Of a stretch of DNA of 64,000 nt, positions 9,698 to 20,181 are shown in pieces; position 1 is the stretch's first letter; every line of letters begins with the position of its first letter. The notes beneath the pieces are model-generated. The model was not told the origin of the DNA, searched no databases, and worked only from the letters and a program-made list of their open reading frames with translations. Source of the stretch: Thermodesulfobacteriota bacterium (GTDB lineage Bacteria > Desulfobacterota_D > UBA1144 > Nemesobacterales > JAJCZQ01); NCBI GenBank assembly GCA_965215275.1, contig OZ244044.1, positions 192,001 to 256,000 of the forward strand, written 5' to 3'. The translations under genes were made by a program, and so were the position numbers.

Positions 9698-10360
9698 TCA
9701 CGGTATTTGTGAACCTAACTGTCCTGTGTCAGCGTCGACCGCTATGCAAGGGTTGCTCGTAGGACTGAAGAAGGACCAAACGCCGGTGCAATCAGCCATA
9801 TTCAAAGCATTTAGCTGTGTTCCATCATCATCCAGTACCGGTATAGGAAGGTTTGCAGAGTCAGATGCTTCTTGTACAAGAACATAAGGACACTTAATAA
9901 TGTCCGCCATTTCCGGGGCATTGGGACGACCTGACCAAAAACCACGCCATTCTTTTTCATTCATATTGTTTTGTACAAGGTTGTATATTCCGGGATTGAT
10001 AAATTCACCAGGGCGGGATTCAACGCTGGTCTGGTAAAACAGCACCATGGAATTTCTTCCAGGATTTCCTTTACTATCTTGCTGATTGGAACCGATGTAT
10101 CCTACTTGTCTAAAATGGTGTCGCCTGCCATTATCGTCAATGAATGTGCTTGTAGCCAGTATGTTGTTTTCGTTAAGCGTTACCTCTTCCATAACTTCAA
10201 AAGCACATATTGGCGTATTATTTGCCCCTAATGTTGTATAATATCCAACCCACTCCACTGGGGCTGGAGAACTGTCCTTACTATCACATGCGAATATAGT
10301 TGCTCCAGCAAGTAGAATTCCTGCAAATACTGAACTAATCTTTTTGTAATGTCGTAAAAT
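9698..10360 (-). CDS. Hypothetical lipoprotein, extended upstream of the ORF-track start to an ATT codon
   Basis: In-frame extension ILRHYKKISSVFAGILLAGATIFA-CDSK is a type II signal peptide; AGGAG SD 7 nt before ATT at 10360. Confidence 0.65.
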   Translation of the reverse strand: MLRHYKKISSVFAGILLAGATIFACDSKDSSPAPVEWVGYYTTLGANNTPICAFEVMEEVTLNENNILATSTFIDDNGRRHHFRQVGYIGSNQQDSKGNPGRNSMVLFYQTSVESRPGEFINPGIYNLVQNNMNEKEWRGFWSGRPNAPEMADIIKCPYVLVQEASDSANLPIPVLDDDGTQLNALNMADCTGVWSFFSPTSNPCIAVDADTGQLGSQIP

Positions 10361-10387
10361 AATATTTCTCCTGATAGATTTTCTCCA

Positions 10388-10416
10388 AATTTATTACAGA
10401 GGATCATATTTGTCAA
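10388..10416 (-). promoter_or_regulatory. Putative sigma70 promoter of the lipoprotein gene; -35 box lies in the TSD of element 2
   Basis: TTGACA (10416-10411)-17nt-TAAATT. Confidence 0.5.
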
Positions 10417-10540
10417 TGGGAACTATATACTTAAGTATCCAGTGGATACTAAAAGTTCTCTTTGACGAGTCATAGACCAGTTCCTGTCCCCAACCCCTCT
10501 GCAGTCTCCCCGTCCAATCACCCCTTTCCCTGAGGCTATA
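10398..10540 (-). ncRNA. Predicted omega-RNA of tnpB2 (scaffold to 10418, guide about 10417-10398)
   Basis: Sense-strand stems GCCTC/GGGGT with loop AGGGAAA, GACGGG/CTCGTC with AGACT/GGTCT, and AGTATCC/GGATACT; terminal TTCCC complementary to loop GGGAA. Confidence 0.6.
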
Positions 10541-11640
10541 ATTTGTTTTATTCCAGTTTCCAACTGGTTAAATGCAGCATTTAAGTCAGCATTAACTTCA
10601 TAACCGCAAGATGTACACTTAAATCTGGATTGCGATCTTCTGTTATCAGGAGATCTGTGTCCGCATTCAGAACAGGTTTGACTGGTATATGCAGCTGGAA
10701 CTTCTTCAGTAGCATTACACTTGTAATCCAGCATCCTTTTCATATCAAACCAGCCAGTAGCACGAATGTTCCTGTTCATCTTGCGAAAGTTCTTCCATTT
10801 CTTTCTGGCTGTCATCCCTTGTGTATTAAGTCTCTCAAGTACAGGAACATCATAAAGATCGGAGATCTTTCTTGTAACCTGATGTCTCCAGTCCTTCTGT
10901 CTGTTTGCCAGCTTCCTATGAAGTTTCTGTAACCTTTCCTTAGTAATTCTCCACCTGTTACTTCTCTCTTCCTGACGTGCAAGTTTCTTTTGGTATCTGC
11001 GTATCTTTGCTTCTGTAAGTTCATCATCAGATAACTTAAAAACCTGTCCGTCAGACAGCGTAACCTGTCTTGAATTCCTGTCCATTGCTACAACTCTTAC
11101 TTCTTTCTTTTCCTTTTTAGTTTCATCTATCTCATAGGTAAGGTACGCATACCACTTACCGCATTCCTTCCTTATCCTGCCAGAAAGGAACTTTCCATCA
11201 GGATATGGATTCTTACCTGCCAACCTGAACCATCCAACCTTTAAAATACGGAGCCACTTATTATCTGACAGTTTAGCTGACTGATAATTTACCGGGAATG
11301 AAGGAGTGGTTTTTAATTTACTCTTGAATTTAGGTTGTCCCGATTTTCCATCCCTGTATCTCTTACAGGCATTTGTAAGGTCCAGTAAATAATGCTGAAG
11401 TATGTAAGCAGATGCTTCTTTCAGAAAGTAGTTCTTTTCTTCTTTCTTCAATTCTCTCAAATCGTTACCTAAACTCTCATGACCATAACCATCATTAAAA
11501 TCATTATCCTTTAAATTTCCCACGAATTGATTCCAGATAAACCTGCAACAGCCAGCAGTAGAGGAAAGTTTATGAAACTTCTCCCTGTTGTTTGATCTCA
11601 ACCTCTGCCTTACCGTTCTTATTGTCTTACCTTCTTTCAT
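10423..11640 (-). CDS. tnpB: RNA-guided endonuclease TnpB (divergent from tnpB1)
   Basis: CRFIWN, GQPKFK, RuvC-I AMDRN, RuvC-II LERL, YTSQTCSEC...CTSC, RuvC-III NADLNAA; stop codon lies inside the TIR. Confidence 0.95.
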   Translation of the reverse strand: MKEGKTIRTVRQRLRSNNREKFHKLSSTAGCCRFIWNQFVGNLKDNDFNDGYGHESLGNDLRELKKEEKNYFLKEASAYILQHYLLDLTNACKRYRDGKSGQPKFKSKLKTTPSFPVNYQSAKLSDNKWLRILKVGWFRLAGKNPYPDGKFLSGRIRKECGKWYAYLTYEIDETKKEKKEVRVVAMDRNSRQVTLSDGQVFKLSDDELTEAKIRRYQKKLARQEERSNRWRITKERLQKLHRKLANRQKDWRHQVTRKISDLYDVPVLERLNTQGMTARKKWKNFRKMNRNIRATGWFDMKRMLDYKCNATEEVPAAYTSQTCSECGHRSPDNRRSQSRFKCTSCGYEVNADLNAAFNQLETGIKQIIASGKGVIGRGDCRGVGDRNWSMTRQRELLVSTGYLSI

Positions 11641-11647
11641 ATTTGTA

Positions 11648-11676
11648 ATTTTACCTTATTCCCTTGCTTTTTTTAA
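11648..11676 (-). promoter_or_regulatory. Putative promoter of tnpB2 (leaderless)
   Basis: TTAAAA-17nt-TAAAAT, 7 nt before ATG 11640. Confidence 0.45.
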
Positions 11677-11918
11677 GTAGTTTGGATAGTTAAGTATATA
11701 GTCCCCTTGTCAATTAAGGGATCTGCCGTATGTTCAATATTCAATCGCAGATGTTTTAATATGAATAACTTGATAAGTTAAGTAATTGTTTTCAGGAGAA
11801 AGAGTTTTTCCGAACACGAGCCTCAAGGACATTACACGGTAACGCACCCGTTCTCCTCAACGAACTTATAAAAGAAAACCAGGTTGTAATTCTATCTTGT
11901 GTTTTGCTGTCAATATTA

Positions 11919-14436
11919 TCAGGTCTTTATCCGAGACCTAATCTTCCTTCTTATCACAACAGATACAGGTATAAGCATCAGCGATGCCACTGCTGTGAGC
12001 ATATCAGGAACGGCTTCGCTCTGACCGGAGACCGCACATCCTCCTCCGCCTGTATCACTACCTGATGACGTTGGTCTTTGTGTCGGTGGTCTTGTTGTTG
12101 GTGGGTCTGTCGGTCCTGGCGGCGTAGTTGTTACCCTGATCGTAAATCTCAGCTCATCCGTATCTCCATCTTCGTCCGTTACCTTATATGTATAACTGCC
12201 AGAAGATACAGCAGTCGGTGTTCCGCTGATAACTCTGTCAGTTTCACTGAAAGCAAGTCCAGCAGGTAAACCAGTAGCAGGTAAAAGAGGGGACAGGCTG
12301 TAGGTCAGTTCTCCATTCCCTGCTGTTGCCTCAGGCAGTGTTTCTTTTATTGCAGTTCCCGGCACGTAATTCTTATCTGGTATGGTCCAGTTGTTAAACG
12401 TCGGCGTGTCCCCAGACATATGACCATAGACCTTTATGTTCCATGAGTGTAAGGTCCCCGTACCTGCAATTGAATTGTTAGTTATCTTCAAGGTCCACTC
12501 TCCAGCAGGGTCCGTTCCTAAGTGATTGGCTAAACCAAAACGATGTTCCCTGCCTGTGTACTTAAAGTCGTCTACAGTAAGAGATCCGTCAGATAAATGT
12601 GATAACGCTTCTGATGCATATTCCTCAGTGAGTTTTGACACGGTAGTATCGTCAGGAGAAGTTATTTCTATATCTAAAAAAGGAAAGAAAGGATGGGTAA
12701 AATTGATACCTATCTCTATAAATTCCGTAAATACCTCAGTGTCTGGTATATCTATATCAGGTACTGTCAGTGTGAAAACAACTGAAACGTCTTCTGCGTT
12801 TTCCCCCGTTGTGAAGTCTGGTATAACCGTATTGATATTACCCGAGGAAACCGTCACGGGTTTCATTTGCGGTGGAACGTTGGTCCAGCTTTCTGCAAGT
12901 TCCACTGCAGCTGCAGCGTCTACTGTGCCAAAAGTATCTACTGTGCCAAAACCGAACTTTGGATTGTAAAAATAATACTCTGAATCAGAACCGTATTGAA
13001 GTGCTACTCTCTTCCATTCTTGGGTATCACCGGAACGGGAGCCCTGGCTGGCTGAACCTGCCAAGATCAGTTTCAGGTCTCGCCAGCTAAGATCACTGTT
13101 TACCTCTCTCATCAGTGCTGCAATTCCTGAAACGACCGCTGCTGAATTTGACGTTCCAGGGAACTCAAAAGTATAACCGTCGTTATTGTCGGTAGTTACA
13201 ATACCGGAACCCGGTGCACATACCCATAGATTGTATCCCTCTTCTGAAAAGGAACTCTTAGTAACAGCGAGCGCATCCCTATCGATCTCTGATGAACATA
13301 CGGTAGTTACTGCGTAGTAGTTGGAATACTCATCAAAATTAGCCTGGTCTGATCCTTCATGTCCGTCCCCTGCCGCCCATACGTAAAACACCCCTTTACC
13401 ACCAAATCCTTCTCTTATACCCGTTCTCACCCCTTCTTCCCACTCTGATGAAGCCTCTGTAAGAACGGGAAGGTCCTTCGGTCCCCAGTTGTTGACCGAT
13501 ACAGCAGTTATATCCTTATTACGGACCATGGCGTCCTTTGCATTAGCATCACTGAAGTTACCAGCTAAATTATAACTGTAGATGTTTGCCTCAGGTGCTA
13601 CACCTCTTACTCCAAGGCTGTTATCACCCACTGCTGCTATAATGCCAGCTACACGTGTTCCACGACCACTGAAAGGACTGTACAGATCACCATTCCCAGA
13701 GTAATCATGAGAAAGTGTGGTATCTACATTGTCAGCAAGGTCCTCATGGTCTGTGTCCATACCATGATCTACCACCGCTACGTTAATCCCAGCACCAAAT
13801 ACGGCATCATCCCAGACATCTTCTATGTTTATGTCTATATCTTGTCTGGCGGAGGTTTGGAATACCTTATCGCCACCTAATATTACATCAACCGCTGGAG
13901 ATTCCAGATACCACTGACAGCCGTATAAGGGATCATTTGGAAAATTGGTAGTAATAATTGAACAGGTTTCAAAGAGTTGATTAGAATCAGCTAATTGAAC
14001 TTGAACTCGATAGGATGTAGCACCACTGCTTCCTACAACGATATAGTACGTTCCCCGTCTGAGGTGAGTTTGTATAGATATATTTCCTAGTAGCCTTTCA
14101 TCACTTGGGTCCACTACTTCAGTAGTACTTGCTATCAGATCATCATTACTGTCACATACCTGTAGGCTGTATTCCTGATCATTGGAGAAGGGGAAGGTTA
14201 CCAATATATCTGCAATAAAATCTCCATTTATGTTTATCTGAAAGTAATGCGGATCAGCACCGGCAGCTAAACTTCCATTGTGTGTTGGTCCTTGCACTCT
14301 CAACGTAGCTTCGGTCGTTGCACTGGAGTCACAGTTGTTAATGCTGGTCTTACCATATGCACTAATGGACACAAAGCACAGAAGAAAGAAAAAAGGAATT
14401 AATAACTTATGGGGGGGGGGGGAGAAACTTCAACAT
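11919..14436 (-). CDS. Surface-anchored S8 (kexin-like) subtilase homolog with P-domain, Ig-like domain and GGGGC-TM-basic tail; frameshifted in a C12 tract
   Basis: VAVVDHG, xGTRVAGIIAA, GTSNSA, GEWTLKI P-domain, ISGTPT Ig-like repeat, PT linker; ATG 14436 joins the 817-aa ORF if the C12 run loses one base. Confidence 0.85.
12919..12951. repeat. 18-bp-period in-frame tandem duplication (FGTVDT/FGTVDA)
   Basis: tctactgtgccaaaa at 12919-12933 and 12937-12951. Confidence 0.85.
14411..14422. repeat. G12 homopolymer in the signal-peptide coding region
   Basis: 12 consecutive G. Confidence 0.95.
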
Positions 14437-14445
14437 TATTATATT

Positions 14446-14474
14446 ATTGTACTTATGTCCAGCTGAAAGGTCAA
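14446..14474 (-). promoter_or_regulatory. Proximal sigma70 promoter of the subtilase gene
   Basis: TTGACC-17nt-TACAAT, 9 nt before ATG 14436. Confidence 0.65.
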
Positions 14475-14485
14475 GTATATATGGA

Positions 14486-14495
14486 GGGGGGGGGG
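14486..14495. repeat. G10 homopolymer between tandem promoters
   Basis: 10 consecutive G. Confidence 0.95.
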
Positions 14496-14532
14496 TAACA
14501 GAGATACGCGTTTTTAAACTCATAATAGTGAT

Positions 14533-14561
14533 ATTCTACTTCTGTTCTGCTGTAATGTCAA
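14533..14561 (-). promoter_or_regulatory. Distal sigma70 promoter of the subtilase gene
   Basis: TTGACA-17nt-TAGAAT. Confidence 0.65.
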
Positions 14562-14726
14562 GTATAACGTCTTTCTCTTTCCCTTTTTTACAGTGATAAA
14601 GATCTTCAGGATATACGGATCATTCCTAAAATAACAATGAATAATTAAGACAATGCGACAGAGTTTGATAAAATAGATCAAAGTATTATCTGAAACTAAA
14701 ACCTGTACTTTATCTGACTATATATT

Positions 14727-15338
14727 ATGAAACTAATAGAAGAGATAATAATAGCAACAGAAAACAAGGGAAAGGCAGCTGAATTTTCGTATTTGCTAGG
14801 TAGTTACTTCAGCCGAGTTAGATGTTTGCTGGATTTTGATCAAATACCCGAAATAGTGGAAGATGGGAGTTCATTTGAAGAAAATGCCGTGAAAAAAGCT
14901 CAGATCACCTCTGAATTTTTCAATAAAATGGTAATTGCTGACGACTCAGGTCTGGCAGTGACTTCTTTAAATGGCGAACCGGGTATCTATTCTGCAAGAT
15001 ATGCAGGAGAGAACAGCACAGACGATCAGAACGTCAATAAACTCCTGGAGAAGATCAGATCAGTAAAGAACAGGGAAGCAAGATTTATATGCGCAGTAGT
15101 TCTTGCCTGTCCTGATGGTATGACCAGGCTGTTTAAAGGAACATGCAACGGCGTGATAATAGATGAAAAAAGAGGGAATAACGGATTTGGTTATGACCCG
15201 GTCTTTTACCTGCCAGAAATGAAAATGACCATGGCAGAACTCGACCCTGCCGATAAGAATAAAATAAGCCATAGAGCAAAAGCCGTTAAAAAGCTGGTAG
15301 ATTATTTGAATAGCTTTCTCGGTGTTGAAAGAACTTGA
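14727..15338 (+). CDS. rdgB: dITP/XTP pyrophosphatase (RdgB/HAM1)
   Basis: ATENKGK, ADDSGL, PGIYSARYAG, GFGYDPVF, SHR. Confidence 0.96.
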   Translation: MKLIEEIIIATENKGKAAEFSYLLGSYFSRVRCLLDFDQIPEIVEDGSSFEENAVKKAQITSEFFNKMVIADDSGLAVTSLNGEPGIYSARYAGENSTDDQNVNKLLEKIRSVKNREARFICAVVLACPDGMTRLFKGTCNGVIIDEKRGNNGFGYDPVFYLPEMKMTMAELDPADKNKISHRAKAVKKLVDYLNSFLGVERT

Positions 15339-15491
15339 TCATTTAAATATACTTTACAAAAGCATATGATATAAGCAGGGAATGATAATGATCTGCTTTG
15401 TAAAGATCAACGTTCTTTAAAGGTGTGGAGGGTCTTTTCAAAGTAAATAAGGACTTGAAACTTAATGTTTTTGTTTAAAAATTTGATTTAA

Positions 15492-17105
<1,614 letters not shown>

Positions 17106-17118
17106 TTAGAACCAACTA

Positions 17119-19122
17119 ATGAACTTATCCTACTCTCCCAATGAGTTAATAGTATTCGCTAAAAGAAATAAGCCCGTGCTCGGTTCGGTATGCTCAGTTA
17201 ACGATGACCTTCTGACGGTTTTATCAGAGGATGGAAAGCAGATTGACATCTGCTCTGATCAGATTGAACTGAAGACCTCAATAATAATAGATCCTGACGG
17301 AAAACTGATCCTAAGGGGCTATAGAAAACAGCTGAACGAAAGTATCAAGGAAATAGATCTGGAATTCTTATGGAAACAGGTAGCCGGGTCGGCTGAAAAA
17401 ATGTCCTTTGATGACCTGATCGAGATCTACTGCGACGGCAGAGCGTTTGACCGGGATGAAGTGTTAAAGGTCTACTGGGCCGTTAACAAGGACACTGTCT
17501 ATTTTAAAAAATTTGACGGGCAGTACTTTCCGTCATCCGAGTCGGAAGTGAACAGCAGGCTGTGGGAGATTGAAAAAGAGGAAAAAAGGAACCGGGAAAC
17601 CTCGGCTGCGTTAGAGTATTTTAAAAGTTTTATAAACGAAGACGTCCACTTCTGCGGAAAACCAGCGTTCGATATTGATTACTTCACCGACCTTATCAAG
17701 CATTACGTCGTTGCCGAAAGCAATAAGGAAAAATATAAGGAGGCCAGGTTCTTTGTCCATCAGCTTGGGATAAGCACTGCTGAAGATGCAGCTGAATTTT
17801 TGATAAAAACAGGTGCGTGGGAAAATGGTGCAAGCCCGGACCTGAAAAAACTTGAAGAATATGGAAAGTTTTCAAAAAGCTCTTTGAGAGAAGTTGAGAG
17901 TAAAATATCTTCGACTTTAGAAAAAGATGGTCTTGTTGATCTGACTTCCAGGGAAGTATTTACGATCGATGACGAAAATACCGAAGACATTGACGATGCG
18001 GTATCTGTTGAGTTAAAGAGCGACGTGGTCGAACTGGGGGTCCATATCTGCAACGTTGCCCATTACATAAAAAAGGGTTCCAGTCTGGACATTGAAGCAC
18101 GTGCCAATGGTCAGACCATCTATATACCCGATAAGCAGATCGGTATATTCCCTCAGAGCCTTATAAAAGAGAAGTTCAGCCTTTTTAAGGCAGATCTCAA
18201 GCCGGCGATATCCCTTCTGTTGCAACTTGATAAAAAAACCTATGAAATAAAGGATTACAGATTTATGAGATCAGTGATCTCGGTCTCAAACAACCTTTCC
18301 TATGAACAGGCGGCAAAAGGATTTCTTAAAGAAGAAAAAGGTAAGGAACTGGCAAATATAGCAATTGCCCTCAGAAGAAAAAGGATCAGTAAGGGTGCTT
18401 TTATTCTGCATTTACCTGAACTTAAGATCAGCGTTAATGAAGACGGTCGTGCAGCCACTTATAAGAACTACATGAACTCCATTCCGCACATTATTATTGC
18501 TGAACTCATGATCCTTACCAACAACTTAGCGGCTAAGTTCATAAAAAGCTATAAGATACCCTCAATATTCAGAGTACAGGATGAAGAGGTGCCACAAGAA
18601 GGAAGGGAATTAGATACGAACGACCCTCTGTATTCCATAAAGGTGGTTAAATATCTGAGACCGTCCATAACGCGTACCAGCCCTGGTCCCCATAGGTCGC
18701 TCGGACTTGACCCGTACGTGCAGATAACTTCCCCGATAAGGAGATATTTTGACTTGGTTGCCCAGAGACAGATCATCGGTATATTAGAAGGTAATGAATG
18801 GACCTATGATGATAAAGAGCTTTCTGATATCATCTCCACTGTAACAAACGGATTTGGCAAAAGAAGGCTTCTTCAAAAAGAAAGGAAAAAATACTGGTTA
18901 TACAGGTACTTACAAGACAATATTGAACAGGATATTAAAGGAATTGTCAGCTTTGTAAACGAGACGAACTTATCTGTTTACCTGACTGATCTCCTTATTG
19001 AGGTCCCGATCAGAAATAACCCTGTAAAAGATCTGAAGGAATATGACGAGGTCGTATTGAAAGTTGAACAGGTAGACCCTCTTAGAAAAAGGCTCAAATT
19101 AAAAGTAATTGATGTGAATTGA
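17119..19122 (+). CDS. RNB-domain exoribonuclease (RNase II/R family)
   Basis: TIDDENTEDIDDA catalytic loop, ELMILTN, TSPIRRYFDL, C-terminal S1-like region. Confidence 0.9.
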   Translation: MNLSYSPNELIVFAKRNKPVLGSVCSVNDDLLTVLSEDGKQIDICSDQIELKTSIIIDPDGKLILRGYRKQLNESIKEIDLEFLWKQVAGSAEKMSFDDLIEIYCDGRAFDRDEVLKVYWAVNKDTVYFKKFDGQYFPSSESEVNSRLWEIEKEEKRNRETSAALEYFKSFINEDVHFCGKPAFDIDYFTDLIKHYVVAESNKEKYKEARFFVHQLGISTAEDAAEFLIKTGAWENGASPDLKKLEEYGKFSKSSLREVESKISSTLEKDGLVDLTSREVFTIDDENTEDIDDAVSVELKSDVVELGVHICNVAHYIKKGSSLDIEARANGQTIYIPDKQIGIFPQSLIKEKFSLFKADLKPAISLLLQLDKKTYEIKDYRFMRSVISVSNNLSYEQAAKGFLKEEKGKELANIAIALRRKRISKGAFILHLPELKISVNEDGRAATYKNYMNSIPHIIIAELMILTNNLAAKFIKSYKIPSIFRVQDEEVPQEGRELDTNDPLYSIKVVKYLRPSITRTSPGPHRSLGLDPYVQITSPIRRYFDLVAQRQIIGILEGNEWTYDDKELSDIISTVTNGFGKRRLLQKERKKYWLYRYLQDNIEQDIKGIVSFVNETNLSVYLTDLLIEVPIRNNPVKDLKEYDEVVLKVEQVDPLRKRLKLKVIDVN

Positions 19123-19234
19123 CTTTTAAAAAGAAACCATCTGAGTATATACTAAAAGAGTATCATAGGTTGTTTGATCGAATTCTGATATATAGTTGTT
19201 GTAAAAAACTTAAAAAAATAAACCGGAGGTAATT

Positions 19235-20122
19235 ATGAGTAACAAAATGAACAGTCTCTTTACGGGTTTCAGTTTTAAATACCCGATGATAATAATCATA
19301 CTGTTTTTTATTATTTCCAATGTCTTTGTGGTCGTTGACAGTGGCCATGTAGGCATTGTCAGAACCCTGGGTGCCGTACAGCTTGACGCACTGCCGGAGG
19401 GTTTCCATTTTAGAAAACCGATCATTGATAAGGTTGAGCAGATGGACGTCAGACTTACAAAAGCGAATGCAAAGGCCCAGGCTGCCTCAAAGGACCTGCA
19501 GACCGTCAGAACTCAGGTCACGGTGCAGTACTCACTGGTGGGAGAAGTCGCTCCGTTAACCTTTCAGAAAATAGGAAATAGAGATATAGTCTCTGCCACA
19601 CTTATTGAACCTGCGATCCAGGAATCCGTTAAGGCCATTACTGCACAGTATACCGCGGAGCAACTCGTAACCAAAAGAGCAGAGGTAAAACTTCAGATAC
19701 AGGAAGCAATTAACAACTTTATTTATATAACTCTTAAGGAAAAAGGTGTTGATAATTCCCTGCGGATCGCAAACGTTGCCATTACGGACTTTGATTTCTC
19801 CGACGAATTCAACAGGGCAATTGAGCTGAAGGTAAAGGCAGAACAGGAAGCCCTCCAGGCAAAAAACGAAAAAACCAGAAGGGTTACGCAGGCTGAAGCC
19901 GCAGCGGCTGAAAGAGAACTGGCTGCAGATGCGGAGGCTTATGAGATCACGGTTGCCTCAAAGGCCCGGGCAGAGGCGATCAGAAGGGAAGCTAAGGCGC
20001 TTAAGAACAATCCAGAACTTATTCAGCTCAGAGTGGCAGAGAAATGGGATGGTAAACTTCCAAAGTTTTCCGGAAGTGAAGCAGTGCCTCTTATAAATTT
20101 AGATGCAGTGCTTGGAAGATAG
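19235..20122 (+). CDS. Prohibitin/SPFH (band 7) membrane protein
   Basis: N-terminal TM, ASKDLQ, FNRAIELKVKAEQ, KWDGKLP; GGAGG SD. Confidence 0.92.
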   Translation: MSNKMNSLFTGFSFKYPMIIIILFFIISNVFVVVDSGHVGIVRTLGAVQLDALPEGFHFRKPIIDKVEQMDVRLTKANAKAQAASKDLQTVRTQVTVQYSLVGEVAPLTFQKIGNRDIVSATLIEPAIQESVKAITAQYTAEQLVTKRAEVKLQIQEAINNFIYITLKEKGVDNSLRIANVAITDFDFSDEFNRAIELKVKAEQEALQAKNEKTRRVTQAEAAAAERELAADAEAYEITVASKARAEAIRREAKALKNNPELIQLRVAEKWDGKLPKFSGSEAVPLINLDAVLGR

Positions 20123-20181
20123 TATTTTTACTGAACCGCTGTCCAGAAAGTACCTATAAGCCAGATAAGCTGAACCTCCAT

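Larger units (their letters stand above)
10418..11706 (-). mobile_element. Non-autonomous TIR-bounded element 2 (1289 bp) carrying only tnpB
   Basis: 24-bp TIRs GGGAACTATATACTTAAGTATCCA (10418-10441) and GGGGACTATATACTTAACTATCCA (reverse complement of 11683-11706), 22/24; perfect 8-bp TSD TTGTCAAT at 10410-10417 and 11707-11714. Confidence 0.92.

Noticed and set aside
10228..10416. 62-aa minus-strand ORF
   Set aside because: Out-of-frame shadow over the lipoprotein promoter, SD and signal peptide
6133..11640. Cas12f/CRISPR system or nuclease-dead TldR
   Set aside because: No repeat-spacer array or cas genes seen; D-E-D residues are intact in both proteins
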